From assembly GCA_003648225.1 (NCBI GenBank), contig QMOL01000002.1, positions 1 to 33,980 on the forward strand: a stretch of DNA of 33,980 nucleotides. The letters are read 5' to 3'. A model generated the notes under the pieces. It saw nothing but the letters and a program-made list of their open reading frames with translations. It was not told the origin of the DNA and ran no database searches. Origin of the DNA: Chlamydiota bacterium. Lineage in GTDB: Bacteria > Auribacterota > UBA3054 > B51-G9. Within the stretch, counting starts at the first letter, position 1; the number at the start of each line of letters is the position of its first letter. The translations under genes and the position numbers were made by a program. Positions 10,929 through 19,017 of this stretch are shown here, one piece after another.

Positions 10929-11067
10929 AGTATTTATTATAACATAACCGACATTTTTTGTCGATTGCAACTTAAGACCGGACAATTATTCAATTAATAA
11001 TTAAAAAGGCTTTTTTTATTGATGTATTAAGGATTTTTTATTCGTAAAAAATAATAAACCAATCCCC

Positions 11068-11101
11068 GGAAAAAAAATTTGTCCCGATAAATCGGGACAA
11101 A
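11068..11101 (-). terminator. intrinsic terminator closing the lipoprotein operon
   Basis: The minus strand reads TTTGTCCCGA-TTTA-TCGGGACAAA (10-bp stem) followed by TTTTTTTT. It lies 64 nt downstream of the stop of the 430-aa gene. Confidence 0.7.
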
Positions 11102-11164
11102 TTTCCTCGCATTTCTCGACAACCATTTTCATTGTATCAACAAATTAATATCTTTATTTATCTT

Positions 11165-12457
11165 TTACTTTTTTACGGGTTTATCCTTTACTTCCTTTTT
11201 CACTTTATCTTTTGCTTTATCTTTTGCTTTATCTTTTGCTTTATCTTTTGCTTTATCTTTTGCTTTATCTTTTGCTTCATCTCCCCAGCCGAAATTAACG
11301 ATCGGAAAAACAGACAAAAAACCACTTTTATTAAAATTCAAAAGTCCAAGTTGAAATCCGGAGTCACATTTGTTGAATAATGCCAATTGTAGGCCGTTGA
11401 CAGTATCAGCTGTATTGAGAATACTTCCTATTTGTAAACCATTCACAATATCAGCAGCATTGCCAAGAGCACCAAGCTGTACCCCTTTAAGTTTTTCGCA
11501 AGTGCTAATGATTCCAATAGCTAAACCGAAGATATTGCTATTATAGGAGTACGGCATGCACAATTGCAAACCCCTAACATCAGTTTTCTCTGGATATAAG
11601 GATCCTGATGATTTTTTATTTAAACTCCCAACGCCAAACTGTAACGCTGTCCATTTTGCCTGATCGGTTAAATAGGGTACTTCTGAAAGATTAGTTGAAG
11701 TCGCTGTATCAAAGTTTAGAACAGGGCAAACCGGAAGAAAACCGCTTTTGTTAAAGTTTAACAGACCAAATTGGCATCCTGACCAAGCACGGTTAAAGCA
11801 GGCAAGCTGCAATCCATTCACTCTTTCTGCCTCATTCCAAAGCCCCGCGCATTGTAGGCCATTTACTTCTCCACTGAAATTTGCTAAGCCGCCTATCATC
11901 CCGCCATTTATTTTATTAGCACCAGCCACTAAACCACCAAATACTGCACCGGTTAATTCACCACCACCTGCCATTAAACCACCGAATACCACACCGACAC
12001 CCTCACCCATTGCCATCCCACCGCTAAGAGCTACACCGGTAAAATTTCTACCACTACCTGCCATTAAACCGCCAACCGCCACACCACTAACATTTTCATC
12101 GCCACCTGCCGCTAAACCGCCAAGAGCTACACCACTAACATCATTGCCACCTGCCGCTAAACCGCCAAAAGCAATACCCATGAGACGTTTGGAAAAAGCT
12201 ACTCCTCCAAAATCAATGCCATACATATTAACATCCTTGCCTCCCCACGGCATAGATAGCCGCATGCCGTATATGTTATAGTTAGTCGGGAAAGCGTGCA
12301 GCCATCGTAGATTATCCCATATAGAAATTTGCATCGGTGTCCATCCAGCACTTACTTTTTCATCGACATCATTTGTTGTTTGATTTGCCCATGCACTGCT
12401 AATGGTCAAAATAAATGCTATTACTATACTTGATATTATTTTTTTTCGTGTTGTCAT
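11165..12457 (-). CDS. secreted Gly-rich surface-repeat protein with C-terminal (AKDK)n tail
   Basis: Signal peptide ends ...SSAWA/N. It carries many GGL(A/M)AGG..(V/F)(S/T)GVA(L/V)GG and VNGLQ(L/I) repeats. Two modules each end QFGLLNFNKSGFL(P/S)V.P..NF. This resembles the Leptospira LA_2272-type surface-repeat family from memory only, which is a low-certainty match. Confidence 0.75.
   Translation of the reverse strand: MTTRKKIISSIVIAFILTISSAWANQTTNDVDEKVSAGWTPMQISIWDNLRWLHAFPTNYNIYGMRLSMPWGGKDVNMYGIDFGGVAFSKRLMGIAFGGLAAGGNDVSGVALGGLAAGGDENVSGVAVGGLMAGSGRNFTGVALSGGMAMGEGVGVVFGGLMAGGGELTGAVFGGLVAGANKINGGMIGGLANFSGEVNGLQCAGLWNEAERVNGLQLACFNRAWSGCQFGLLNFNKSGFLPVCPVLNFDTATSTNLSEVPYLTDQAKWTALQFGVGSLNKKSSGSLYPEKTDVRGLQLCMPYSYNSNIFGLAIGIISTCEKLKGVQLGALGNAADIVNGLQIGSILNTADTVNGLQLALFNKCDSGFQLGLLNFNKSGFLSVFPIVNFGWGDEAKDKAKDKAKDKAKDKAKDKAKDKVKKEVKDKPVKK
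11203..11286. repeat. 12-nt tandem repeat CTTTATCTTTTG x6 perfect plus 1 degenerate, encoding (AKDK)n
   Basis: Perfect copies run 11203-11274 and the degenerate copy is 11275-11286. The repeat is in-frame (12 = 4 codons) inside the 3' end of the 430-aa gene. Confidence 0.95.
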
Positions 12458-12489
12458 TTTTTCTCTCGTCTGTTTATTATTAGCTAATT

Positions 12490-12714
12490 TTAAGGTTTTA
12501 CATTTTTAAAGACTCTTAGCAAAGGATGGGCATCGGGATCTTTCTGTACAACACCAACAGTTACTGTTGAATTTAATAATTTTCCATTACCGTCATAATT
12601 GTACGTTGCATGTCGTTGATAAGTTGGATATGTGCAGCCGGTAATAAAAATTATAGCTGTTAAAGCTGTTAATGTTACAAACAATCTTAATGTTTTTTTC
12701 TTTTTGTCATTCAT
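12490..12714 (-). CDS. small lipoprotein (74 aa), unknown function
   Basis: Lipobox FITGC follows a basic, hydrophobic N-terminus. GGAGA sits upstream of the ATG. Confidence 0.7.
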   Translation of the reverse strand: MNDKKKKTLRLFVTLTALTAIIFITGCTYPTYQRHATYNYDGNGKLLNSTVTVGVVQKDPDAHPLLRVFKNVKP

Positions 12715-12745
12715 AATTCTCTCCTTAAGTTAAAGTTATATTATT

Positions 12746-13393
12746 TTACTTTACAGAAATATCTTCCGATTTATAGTGTACAAGAGCATCGCTCTTCCCA
12801 CTTACAAGCCTGGATACTTCTCCGGTTCCTCTTTTAACAATAGACGGCAAGCCATCTTTTCTTGGATACGCGGTAACTCTGATTTTTATAATCCCTTCGT
12901 AATAAACATCAGGACTTCCCAAAAGTCCCCAAAGAATAGATGATCCCTTTGTAAGTTTATCAACACCACTTGTTTCAAGAGCAACAACAACTCTATAATC
13001 CGTATCAGGAATAATTGATTTAGTGGGTACAAACTCTATTTTGCTGTTTTTGCTGTAAACAGGTAGATTTTCATAAGATACAGGAAGAACTATCCCTCCA
13101 CTTTCAGCTATTTTACTCGCAACGCTGTCAACCACATAATCATAAAGCGCGCTTTCTGGCAGACAGCCCACAACTTCCATATAAACTTTTTTTGATTTCA
13201 ATTTAGGAAATGACAAATTTTTTACCGCGATTGATGTAGCCTCAGCGAAGAGAGATTGCTGCGAAGCATAATTAGGAATTATTCCCGCATAAGTTTTCAT
13301 AGGCATAAGCCGATAATTAACCGCACAGCCTGTAAAAATAATAATAGTAATAATTGTAATACAAGAAAATTTAATTGTTCTTAGAATGTTCAT
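12746..13393 (-). CDS. lipoprotein (215 aa), unknown function
   Basis: Lipobox IFTGC, with GGAGA upstream. I recognise no motif. Confidence 0.75.
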   Translation of the reverse strand: MNILRTIKFSCITIITIIIFTGCAVNYRLMPMKTYAGIIPNYASQQSLFAEATSIAVKNLSFPKLKSKKVYMEVVGCLPESALYDYVVDSVASKIAESGGIVLPVSYENLPVYSKNSKIEFVPTKSIIPDTDYRVVVALETSGVDKLTKGSSILWGLLGSPDVYYEGIIKIRVTAYPRKDGLPSIVKRGTGEVSRLVSGKSDALVHYKSEDISVK

Positions 13394-13480
13394 AATAGTC
13401 TTTCTCCTTAATGTTTATTGATTGTTAAAAATTTTCGGCACATTGTATTTAATCACCGAAACCGGATATCAGTTAATGCT

Positions 13481-14440
13481 TTATCTTTCGTCAGATAGAA
13501 TTATACGGCAATATGATTTTCCTCTCATCGCCCTACTTCTTAATGCTCTATATTTATAAGTTTTTACTTTTGATGTTTTATTTCTTAATGTATGAACAGA
13601 AATAGCTGCTGCTATTTTAAGTTTAGTCATTTTCGGTTTATTTTCCATAAAATTTGTGTCAACACTTCTAAACGGAATATTTAATTGTTCTTCTTTCGCT
13701 CCTATTGTATCATCAATAAGCCTCATTTGTCTTTCATATTCTGTTAAAGCAGGCTCATATTTTAGTGTTTCATCGTACTTACATGCTTCAACAACCAGCA
13801 TTGTACCTAAAACTATAAAAGGCGGTGATGCCGGACTTCCAATAATACTAACAATCAGCCCGCCTGCGGTAGCATATGAAGCAACCGCGCCGGCGATAAA
13901 ACCTGCGATTTGTTCTTCGCGATATTTTCTACTCATATTTAAAATACCTTTCAACTCATTTATTTCTCCTTTTGTCAACAAGTTTTCTTTAGCATTGTTT
14001 AGCATATTTTCAAAATCATCATACAATTCAGGAATATAATCAATACCGCGAAAGTGGCATTCTTTAGCCGGTCTGTAAATATACCCGTTTGGGATTTTGT
14101 GTAAATCTTCCAAAAGAAAGTCCCAGTTTGCTGTAACTAACCTGCCTGATTTATTTTTATAAACCACAGGTTCAATTAAAACACCGTATTTATTCCCTGA
14201 CTTATCTTTATGAACGAACAAATACGGATAAAAAGGGTTATCGATTTCTCTCAATAATTTTTCAGGAAATTTTACGATATTGTAGAAACGATGTGTATAA
14301 AAACCTTTTCCCCATAAAAATCTGTTAGCGCCAATGAATTTTGTTTCTAAAGTCACATTCTCTTCTGAAAAAGCAATCTTTGCCTGTCCGAAAATTAATA
14401 ATAGAAAAATAAAATAACATATTTTAAACTTGTCTCTCAT
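13481..14440 (-). CDS. secreted/membrane protein (319 aa) with internal Gly/Ala-rich hydrophobic hairpin
   Basis: Signal peptide ends ...KIAFS/E. The hydrophobic segment reads IAGFIAGAVASYATAGGLIVSIIGSPASPPFIVLGTMLVV. Confidence 0.7.
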   Translation of the reverse strand: MRDKFKICYFIFLLLIFGQAKIAFSEENVTLETKFIGANRFLWGKGFYTHRFYNIVKFPEKLLREIDNPFYPYLFVHKDKSGNKYGVLIEPVVYKNKSGRLVTANWDFLLEDLHKIPNGYIYRPAKECHFRGIDYIPELYDDFENMLNNAKENLLTKGEINELKGILNMSRKYREEQIAGFIAGAVASYATAGGLIVSIIGSPASPPFIVLGTMLVVEACKYDETLKYEPALTEYERQMRLIDDTIGAKEEQLNIPFRSVDTNFMENKPKMTKLKIAAAISVHTLRNKTSKVKTYKYRALRSRAMRGKSYCRIILSDER

Positions 14441-14452
14441 GACTTTTCCCCG

Positions 14453-14863
14453 TTACTTTTTATTATATAGCCAGTTAGTAACTCCAATACCCATAATAAT
14501 ATCATCATATTCTTTTGTTCCCGGTGTTGGAGGAGTTAAACAATGACCGCCAAAAGCGACATGAGGTCCATTTTCACACAATCCGTTACAACCGCCCCGA
14601 CAGCCGTGATTTTCCCAGACTATCCCAAACTCTTTATATGCTTTTATCAATTCTTCATCATCATCCCGTGGCATAGATAAATCACACCCTCCGTAAATAA
14701 ATGGTTTGGCATCCGGGATTGGCGGTGAGCCGTCAAAACAATATTTAGGCGCGGAATCCGGAGTTATAGGGTATGGTTCAAAGGTTCCGCGTTCAACAAC
14801 AGTTGTGCACGCGAAGCCTAAGAAAGAAATAATTATTAATAGAAAAAGTTTTATGTATTTCAT
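14453..14863 (-). CDS. Cys-rich lipoprotein (136 aa)
   Basis: Signal sequence plus an FLGFAC lipobox-like site. Seven further Cys include HGCRGGCNGLCENG. Its ATG lies 2 nt after the stop of the upstream gene. Confidence 0.7.
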   Translation of the reverse strand: MKYIKLFLLIIISFLGFACTTVVERGTFEPYPITPDSAPKYCFDGSPPIPDAKPFIYGGCDLSMPRDDDEELIKAYKEFGIVWENHGCRGGCNGLCENGPHVAFGGHCLTPPTPGTKEYDDIIMGIGVTNWLYNKK

Positions 14864-14865
14864 AG

Positions 14866-16290
14866 TTAAAAAATTGTAAGGTTATCTACTTCATTCTCTT
14901 TCCAAAAAGCCGGAGCTAACGGAATAATTCTAATATCTGATTCTTCATCAACAGGGTCAATTTCAAGATAATGTCGAGAGCTTATTTGCGAATCAACAAT
15001 ACTGCTGCTAACCTCTTCAGTTTCAAATTTATATTTCCCGAAATGGTCAAAAGTAGTTCGGCAATAAATTAAATTATCATCCTTTTTTATAGGATAATAA
15101 TAATAAACCTGCCGCCATTCAGGTAATTCCGCATTAGAAGAAGAGTAAAAACATACAGCAATATTGTGAAATCCGGGTTCAATGTCAAGACTTCCTACTC
15201 CTATATCCTCTGGTAATAAATCCCATACACGAACATCCGCTTCGGTTCGTACTGCCGCGCCGGCAACAAGTGCTGCTCCTATTCCTGCAGCTGTTGCTGC
15301 GGCTCCGTTTCCTTTAGTAGCAATCAGAACTCCTGTAAACGCTCCTGCGAAAGCGCAGACTCTAACAGTCCATTTTGCACCAATTTTAATTTTTTGGATT
15401 GTCTCGGCAGTTTTTTCTGTATTACACGAAAGTTGACAAAAAGTAGAAGTGCATCTATTAATTTGTATTTTTTCATTACCGTCAACGAATATTTTAGCGT
15501 ATTCAATTTTAGAGCTTCTTGGAATATATTCTGCAAATGCCGAGCATGACCATATATCTTTAATATTATTTTCTCGCTGTTTAAGCGGGCTATCCCCCCA
15601 TTCAACAATAAAGATAGTATTATCAGAATCTATTCCATTTCTTTTGTTTTCATAGTTGTCATTATTTTCATCATTAACTACGACTTCTTCTTCATCAGTA
15701 TCATCAATTTTTTCTTCGATTTCGTTTACAAATTTACTTTTTTGAATATAAGTATCTGCGGTATCCGGTTCACCAAGTAAATAATTACATCTTGCCGCCA
15801 TAACATAGCCGGCAGAGAAATCGGAAGTATCATCTTTATTTAAGCTCATAGTATCTTTATCGGCATCAATTCCTCGACGGAAAGCTGCAAGAGCTTTTTC
15901 ATAATCACCTCGGCGATAATGAATAATTCCGCGATACCAATGACACATTGAGCGTTCAAATGGCTCGCCTTTAAATTCTTTAAAATCTTCTCTGGAGACG
16001 GAAGACCAAAAAGCGTTATCGGAACCGGTAACGGTTCGCTCCATCACTTTCCCGGCATTTAAAAACGGAAGGAAAGCGAGATCGTATCCTCCGCCGGTAA
16101 AATAAAATTGTCCAAGTTTTGCGTTATTTAAAGCAAAATTTCTATTTAGTTTATCTGCACATGGACGTGATAGTTTTGCGGCTTTGCCAAAATCATTCAT
16201 ATAGAAAGCATCTTCAGCTTCTTTTGGAATTTGTGCCGCGCAACCTGCCAGTAAGAATAGAATTAATATTATTAAGATTTTATTTATCAT
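14866..16290 (-). CDS. lipoprotein (474 aa) with TPR-like helical region, acidic linker and glycine-zipper-like segment
   Basis: Lipobox LLAGC. The TPR-like segment reads HWYRGIIHYRRGDYEKALAAFRRGID. The acidic run reads EEKIDDTDEEEVVVNDENNDNYE. The Gly/Ala zipper reads AFAGAFTGVLIATKGNGAAATAAGIGAALVAGAAV. Confidence 0.75.
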   Translation of the reverse strand: MINKILIILILFLLAGCAAQIPKEAEDAFYMNDFGKAAKLSRPCADKLNRNFALNNAKLGQFYFTGGGYDLAFLPFLNAGKVMERTVTGSDNAFWSSVSREDFKEFKGEPFERSMCHWYRGIIHYRRGDYEKALAAFRRGIDADKDTMSLNKDDTSDFSAGYVMAARCNYLLGEPDTADTYIQKSKFVNEIEEKIDDTDEEEVVVNDENNDNYENKRNGIDSDNTIFIVEWGDSPLKQRENNIKDIWSCSAFAEYIPRSSKIEYAKIFVDGNEKIQINRCTSTFCQLSCNTEKTAETIQKIKIGAKWTVRVCAFAGAFTGVLIATKGNGAAATAAGIGAALVAGAAVRTEADVRVWDLLPEDIGVGSLDIEPGFHNIAVCFYSSSNAELPEWRQVYYYYPIKKDDNLIYCRTTFDHFGKYKFETEEVSSSIVDSQISSRHYLEIDPVDEESDIRIIPLAPAFWKENEVDNLTIF

Positions 16291-16304
16291 TTTTATTATT
16301 TTAT

Positions 16305-16868
16305 TTATCTGTTTATTGGTTCATATTTACCATAATATTTATATTCATCATCATCACACCATACAATCCCACCTGTTTTGGCATCGGTAAGTCGAAATGA
16401 CAATCTGTAATATACTTCCCGACCTCCTCCTTTACGAATAGAATCGGCATAAGCCCGTCCGGTAAGAAAATAATCCACATTCATCAATTTAGCGATTTCC
16501 TTTCTTTTTTCCAAATCACTTCCTGATAAGTTATTTATTATTTCCGGGAATTGTTTTCTGTCAATAAATTCAAAATTATTACTTGCTATAAGCTCCTTTC
16601 TGATTTGGGAAAGCAGGTTATATGAATCGAATGTATCGTCAAAAGTTCTGTTTTCAACTTTCATAAAGACAATTCTTAGCGGTTTGTCTTTAGAACTTAT
16701 TTTACTTTTAGCAATTGATCTTGACATTTTTTGAGCCGTAGCTTTTAAATCCGTTACAGTTAAATCTGTGTCTATTATTAGATTGTCATCAAGACCCATC
16801 CGCGTTTCCGGAGGAGTACATCCGTTAAGACAGATTAAAATTATAAAAATATATATTAGAAATTTCAT
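16305..16868 (-). CDS. LpoB-like (COG3417-type) lipoprotein, paralog 1
   Basis: Lipobox LNGC. The core reads VENRT...DSYNLL..IR..L....F.F.DR...DYFLTG...YYRLSFRLTDAKTGGIVW. This matches the E. coli LpoB C-domain pattern (VNNRT...LRNAL...YVLYS...LQMQLMLVQTGEIIW). Confidence 0.7.
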   Translation of the reverse strand: MKFLIYIFIILICLNGCTPPETRMGLDDNLIIDTDLTVTDLKATAQKMSRSIAKSKISSKDKPLRIVFMKVENRTFDDTFDSYNLLSQIRKELIASNNFEFIDRKQFPEIINNLSGSDLEKRKEIAKLMNVDYFLTGRAYADSIRKGGGREVYYRLSFRLTDAKTGGIVWCDDDEYKYYGKYEPINR

Positions 16869-17010
16869 ATTTGTTTTTTGTTTTGTTATTTGTGATATCC
16901 GTGTCTAACTTTTTTGACACTGATTACACTGATTTACACTGACTTTATAATTTTTTTAATTTAAATAATTTCTTTTCCGTGAATATCTGTGATATCCGTG
17001 TCTGTATTTT
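16869..17010. repeat. intergenic spacer module, copy 1
   Basis: Block order: TTGTTTTTTGTTTTGTTATTTGTGA, then TTTTTTGACACTGATTACACTGATTTACACTGA, then TTTTTTTAATTTAA, then TTCTTTTCCGTGAATATCTGTGATATCCGTGTC. The same order recurs at 20095-20220. Confidence 0.85.
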
Positions 17011-17020
17011 TTGGTTGTTC

Positions 17021-17584
17021 TCATTCCACCGGAAGATACTTTTTCACTTCATAATCATCTTCCCAGACTACCCGGCCATCTTTTGTATCAACAAGTCGAA
17101 AAGAGAGTCTGTAATTTTTTGATTCTCCTGAGCTATCGCTCTGGTCATCACAAAAAGCTGTTCCGGTAAGGAAATAATCAATACCGAGCAATTTTTTCAA
17201 TTCTTTATAGTTCTCATTATTAATTTTTCTCCAACGCTTTTCAGCAACAATTCGATTAATTGATGCCCGATCAACAAACTGTAATTTCCGGTTACTATTT
17301 TCCAGAATCAACTGTCGAATTTTGTCAAGCAGATTATAAGAATCAAAATCTAAATCTCCGGTACGATTTTCTATAACTGCAAATCCTATTATCGTGGGTT
17401 TATTAGATGAAATGTTAGCTGATGTAACTATTGATCGTGCCATTTGCTGCGATGTGGAACGCAAGTCAGTTGAACTCAGATGTGTATCAAGAATAGCGTC
17501 TTCATCAAGTCCTTTTTTTTCCGCGGTACCGCAAGAGAAAATTATAAGACAACAAAAAAGAGAAGTAATTATTTTTAAATTCAT
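17021..17584 (-). CDS. LpoB-like lipoprotein, paralog 2
   Basis: Lipobox IFSC. Shares IENRTGDLDFDSYNLL, DYFLTG and YRLSFRLVDTKDGRVVWEDDYE with paralogs 1 and 3. Confidence 0.7.
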   Translation of the reverse strand: MNLKIITSLFCCLIIFSCGTAEKKGLDEDAILDTHLSSTDLRSTSQQMARSIVTSANISSNKPTIIGFAVIENRTGDLDFDSYNLLDKIRQLILENSNRKLQFVDRASINRIVAEKRWRKINNENYKELKKLLGIDYFLTGTAFCDDQSDSSGESKNYRLSFRLVDTKDGRVVWEDDYEVKKYLPVE

Positions 17585-17792
17585 AGTTTTTTGGTTAAGT
17601 TTAATTTTTGATACTAATTTAATGGGGAAGTTAAAAGCTTTTTTTTAGATAATTCATTTGCATTTTTATTGATATATCGGAACAAATTTTTTACTTATAT
17701 TTTCTTATGCGGTTAAGTTATTTCGTAGTTTCTGTGCCTGAGTATACGTTATATCCCCCAATATTCCATGAGTAAAAACTTCGTGGTTTGTT

Positions 17793-18194
17793 TTATTCTT
17801 CTCCACCAACCCAATCTGCCTGCCAAACATAATCAGGAAAACTTTCCTGATTATAAAAAGAATTTCCAAGTGAGCCAAAAGTAATTAAATCTATACTACC
17901 AGAACCAAACCGACCAAGAGTGTAAAAAGGCCCCTTCACTGCACCTGTTAATACGCCAAGTCCCGGCAAAACTATAAAGTTATCATTAATCATATTGCGG
18001 GGGATTTCAAGCCAGCAGGTTAAAATATTTACTATTCCGCGACTAAACGCTTCGTCGCGTTTGACATAAGTCCTTTCAACTCCGCTTTTGGTTTCAACCT
18101 GCGAACTGACAGTATCAAGACTTTGCTCGGCAACGACATAATTTGTTCCGCCCAAAACACATGATACAACGATCCATACTAATATTTTTTTCAT
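17793..18194 (-). CDS. TIGR04073-type (exosortase-system-associated family) small secreted protein
   Basis: 133 aa with a signal peptide. Contains SRGIVNILTCWLEIPRNM, G..KG...TLGR...G..DL.TF and PDYVW. This matches my recollection of the TIGR04073 family signature. Confidence 0.55.
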   Translation of the reverse strand: MKKILVWIVVSCVLGGTNYVVAEQSLDTVSSQVETKSGVERTYVKRDEAFSRGIVNILTCWLEIPRNMINDNFIVLPGLGVLTGAVKGPFYTLGRFGSGSIDLITFGSLGNSFYNQESFPDYVWQADWVGGEE

Positions 18195-18266
18195 TTCAAA
18201 CTCCTATTTTAATTTTTATTTTTCATACAAAAATAAACAAGTAATATATATTTTTTCATTTGGATT

Positions 18267-18347
18267 ATTATTTAGATCAATTAGGTCAATTAGGTTAATT
18301 AGAAATTCAGAAAGTAATCCATCAATCCATCAATTCATCAATTCATA
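18267..18347. repeat. 9-nt array AG(A/G)T(C/T)AATT x3 (18274-18300) plus 8-nt array AAT(C/T)CATC x4 (18316-18347)
   Basis: agatcaatt aggtcaatt aggttaatt, and aatccatc aatccatc aattcatc aattcata. The first array duplicates the purH-proximal array. Confidence 0.9.
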
Positions 18348-18366
18348 CCGCACTAGGAAGCGCGGC

Positions 18367-18939
18367 TTACTCTATTCTTTTAAGTTCATAATCATCTTCC
18401 CAAACTACCGCGCCGTTAGCAGTATCAGTCAGTTTGAATGATAATCTGTAATAACTTGTTCGATTATCTACTCCCACTTGTCTGTCTTCAAATAAATACC
18501 CACCGAGCAGAAAATCGGCACCGGCAAATTTTCCGGCTGTACCGGTTACCGTCCCATCTTCTTTCATTCTGTTTTCATTAAGGATTCGTTTTGTAACTCC
18601 TGCAGACCGATCCAAAAACACAATATTTAAGGATCCGTTTTTCAGTAAATTTTTTCTTATATTGTATTGCAGGTTTTTAGCATCAACACCTTTGTATGTT
18701 TTATCTTCAACACCTGTAAAAGATATTTTTGGCTGTGAACCATCTGTTGGATTAAGTGCTCTGCATGCTGCAAGTGATCTTGCCATTTTATTCACTGTTG
18801 CCCGTAAATCATCAGCTTTTAAATCTGAGTTTAAAACTTGTTCTTCATCAATAGCCACACGGGTAGTTCGCGGACCGCCTGAAGCGCATCCTTGCAATAT
18901 TACCATTACGATAATATTTATCAATAAAAATGTTTTCAT
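18367..18939 (-). CDS. LpoB-like lipoprotein, paralog 3
   Basis: Lipobox LQGC. Contains VEDKTYKGVD, DFLLGG and YYRLSFKLTDTANGAVVWEDDYE. Confidence 0.7.
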   Translation of the reverse strand: MKTFLLINIIVMVILQGCASGGPRTTRVAIDEEQVLNSDLKADDLRATVNKMARSLAACRALNPTDGSQPKISFTGVEDKTYKGVDAKNLQYNIRKNLLKNGSLNIVFLDRSAGVTKRILNENRMKEDGTVTGTAGKFAGADFLLGGYLFEDRQVGVDNRTSYYRLSFKLTDTANGAVVWEDDYELKRIE

Positions 18940-19017
18940 AAATATTCTCCAAGTTAAATTAAAAAACTCTCTTTTGAGTTTTGTTATTTGTTATTTGAAT
19001 TTTGCTATTTTAGAATA

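Noticed and set aside
10929-10985. Longer DUF362 and CHAT N-termini proposed by the ORF track (starts at 10985 and 24503)
   Set aside because: The 10985 start is a TTG with no RBS, while the ATG at 10928 begins the conserved domain. The 24503 start would bury the signal peptide 17 residues inside the protein, and it overlaps the promoter candidate.
11132-12281. Plus-strand ORFs 11132-11380 (FIFCFIFC... repeats) and 11748-12281 (Pro-rich, 177 aa)
   Set aside because: They are antisense shadows of the (AKDK)n tandem repeat and of the Gly-rich (GGN codon) repeats in the 430-aa gene. Complementing GGN gives NCC Pro codons, which keeps the antisense frame open artefactually.
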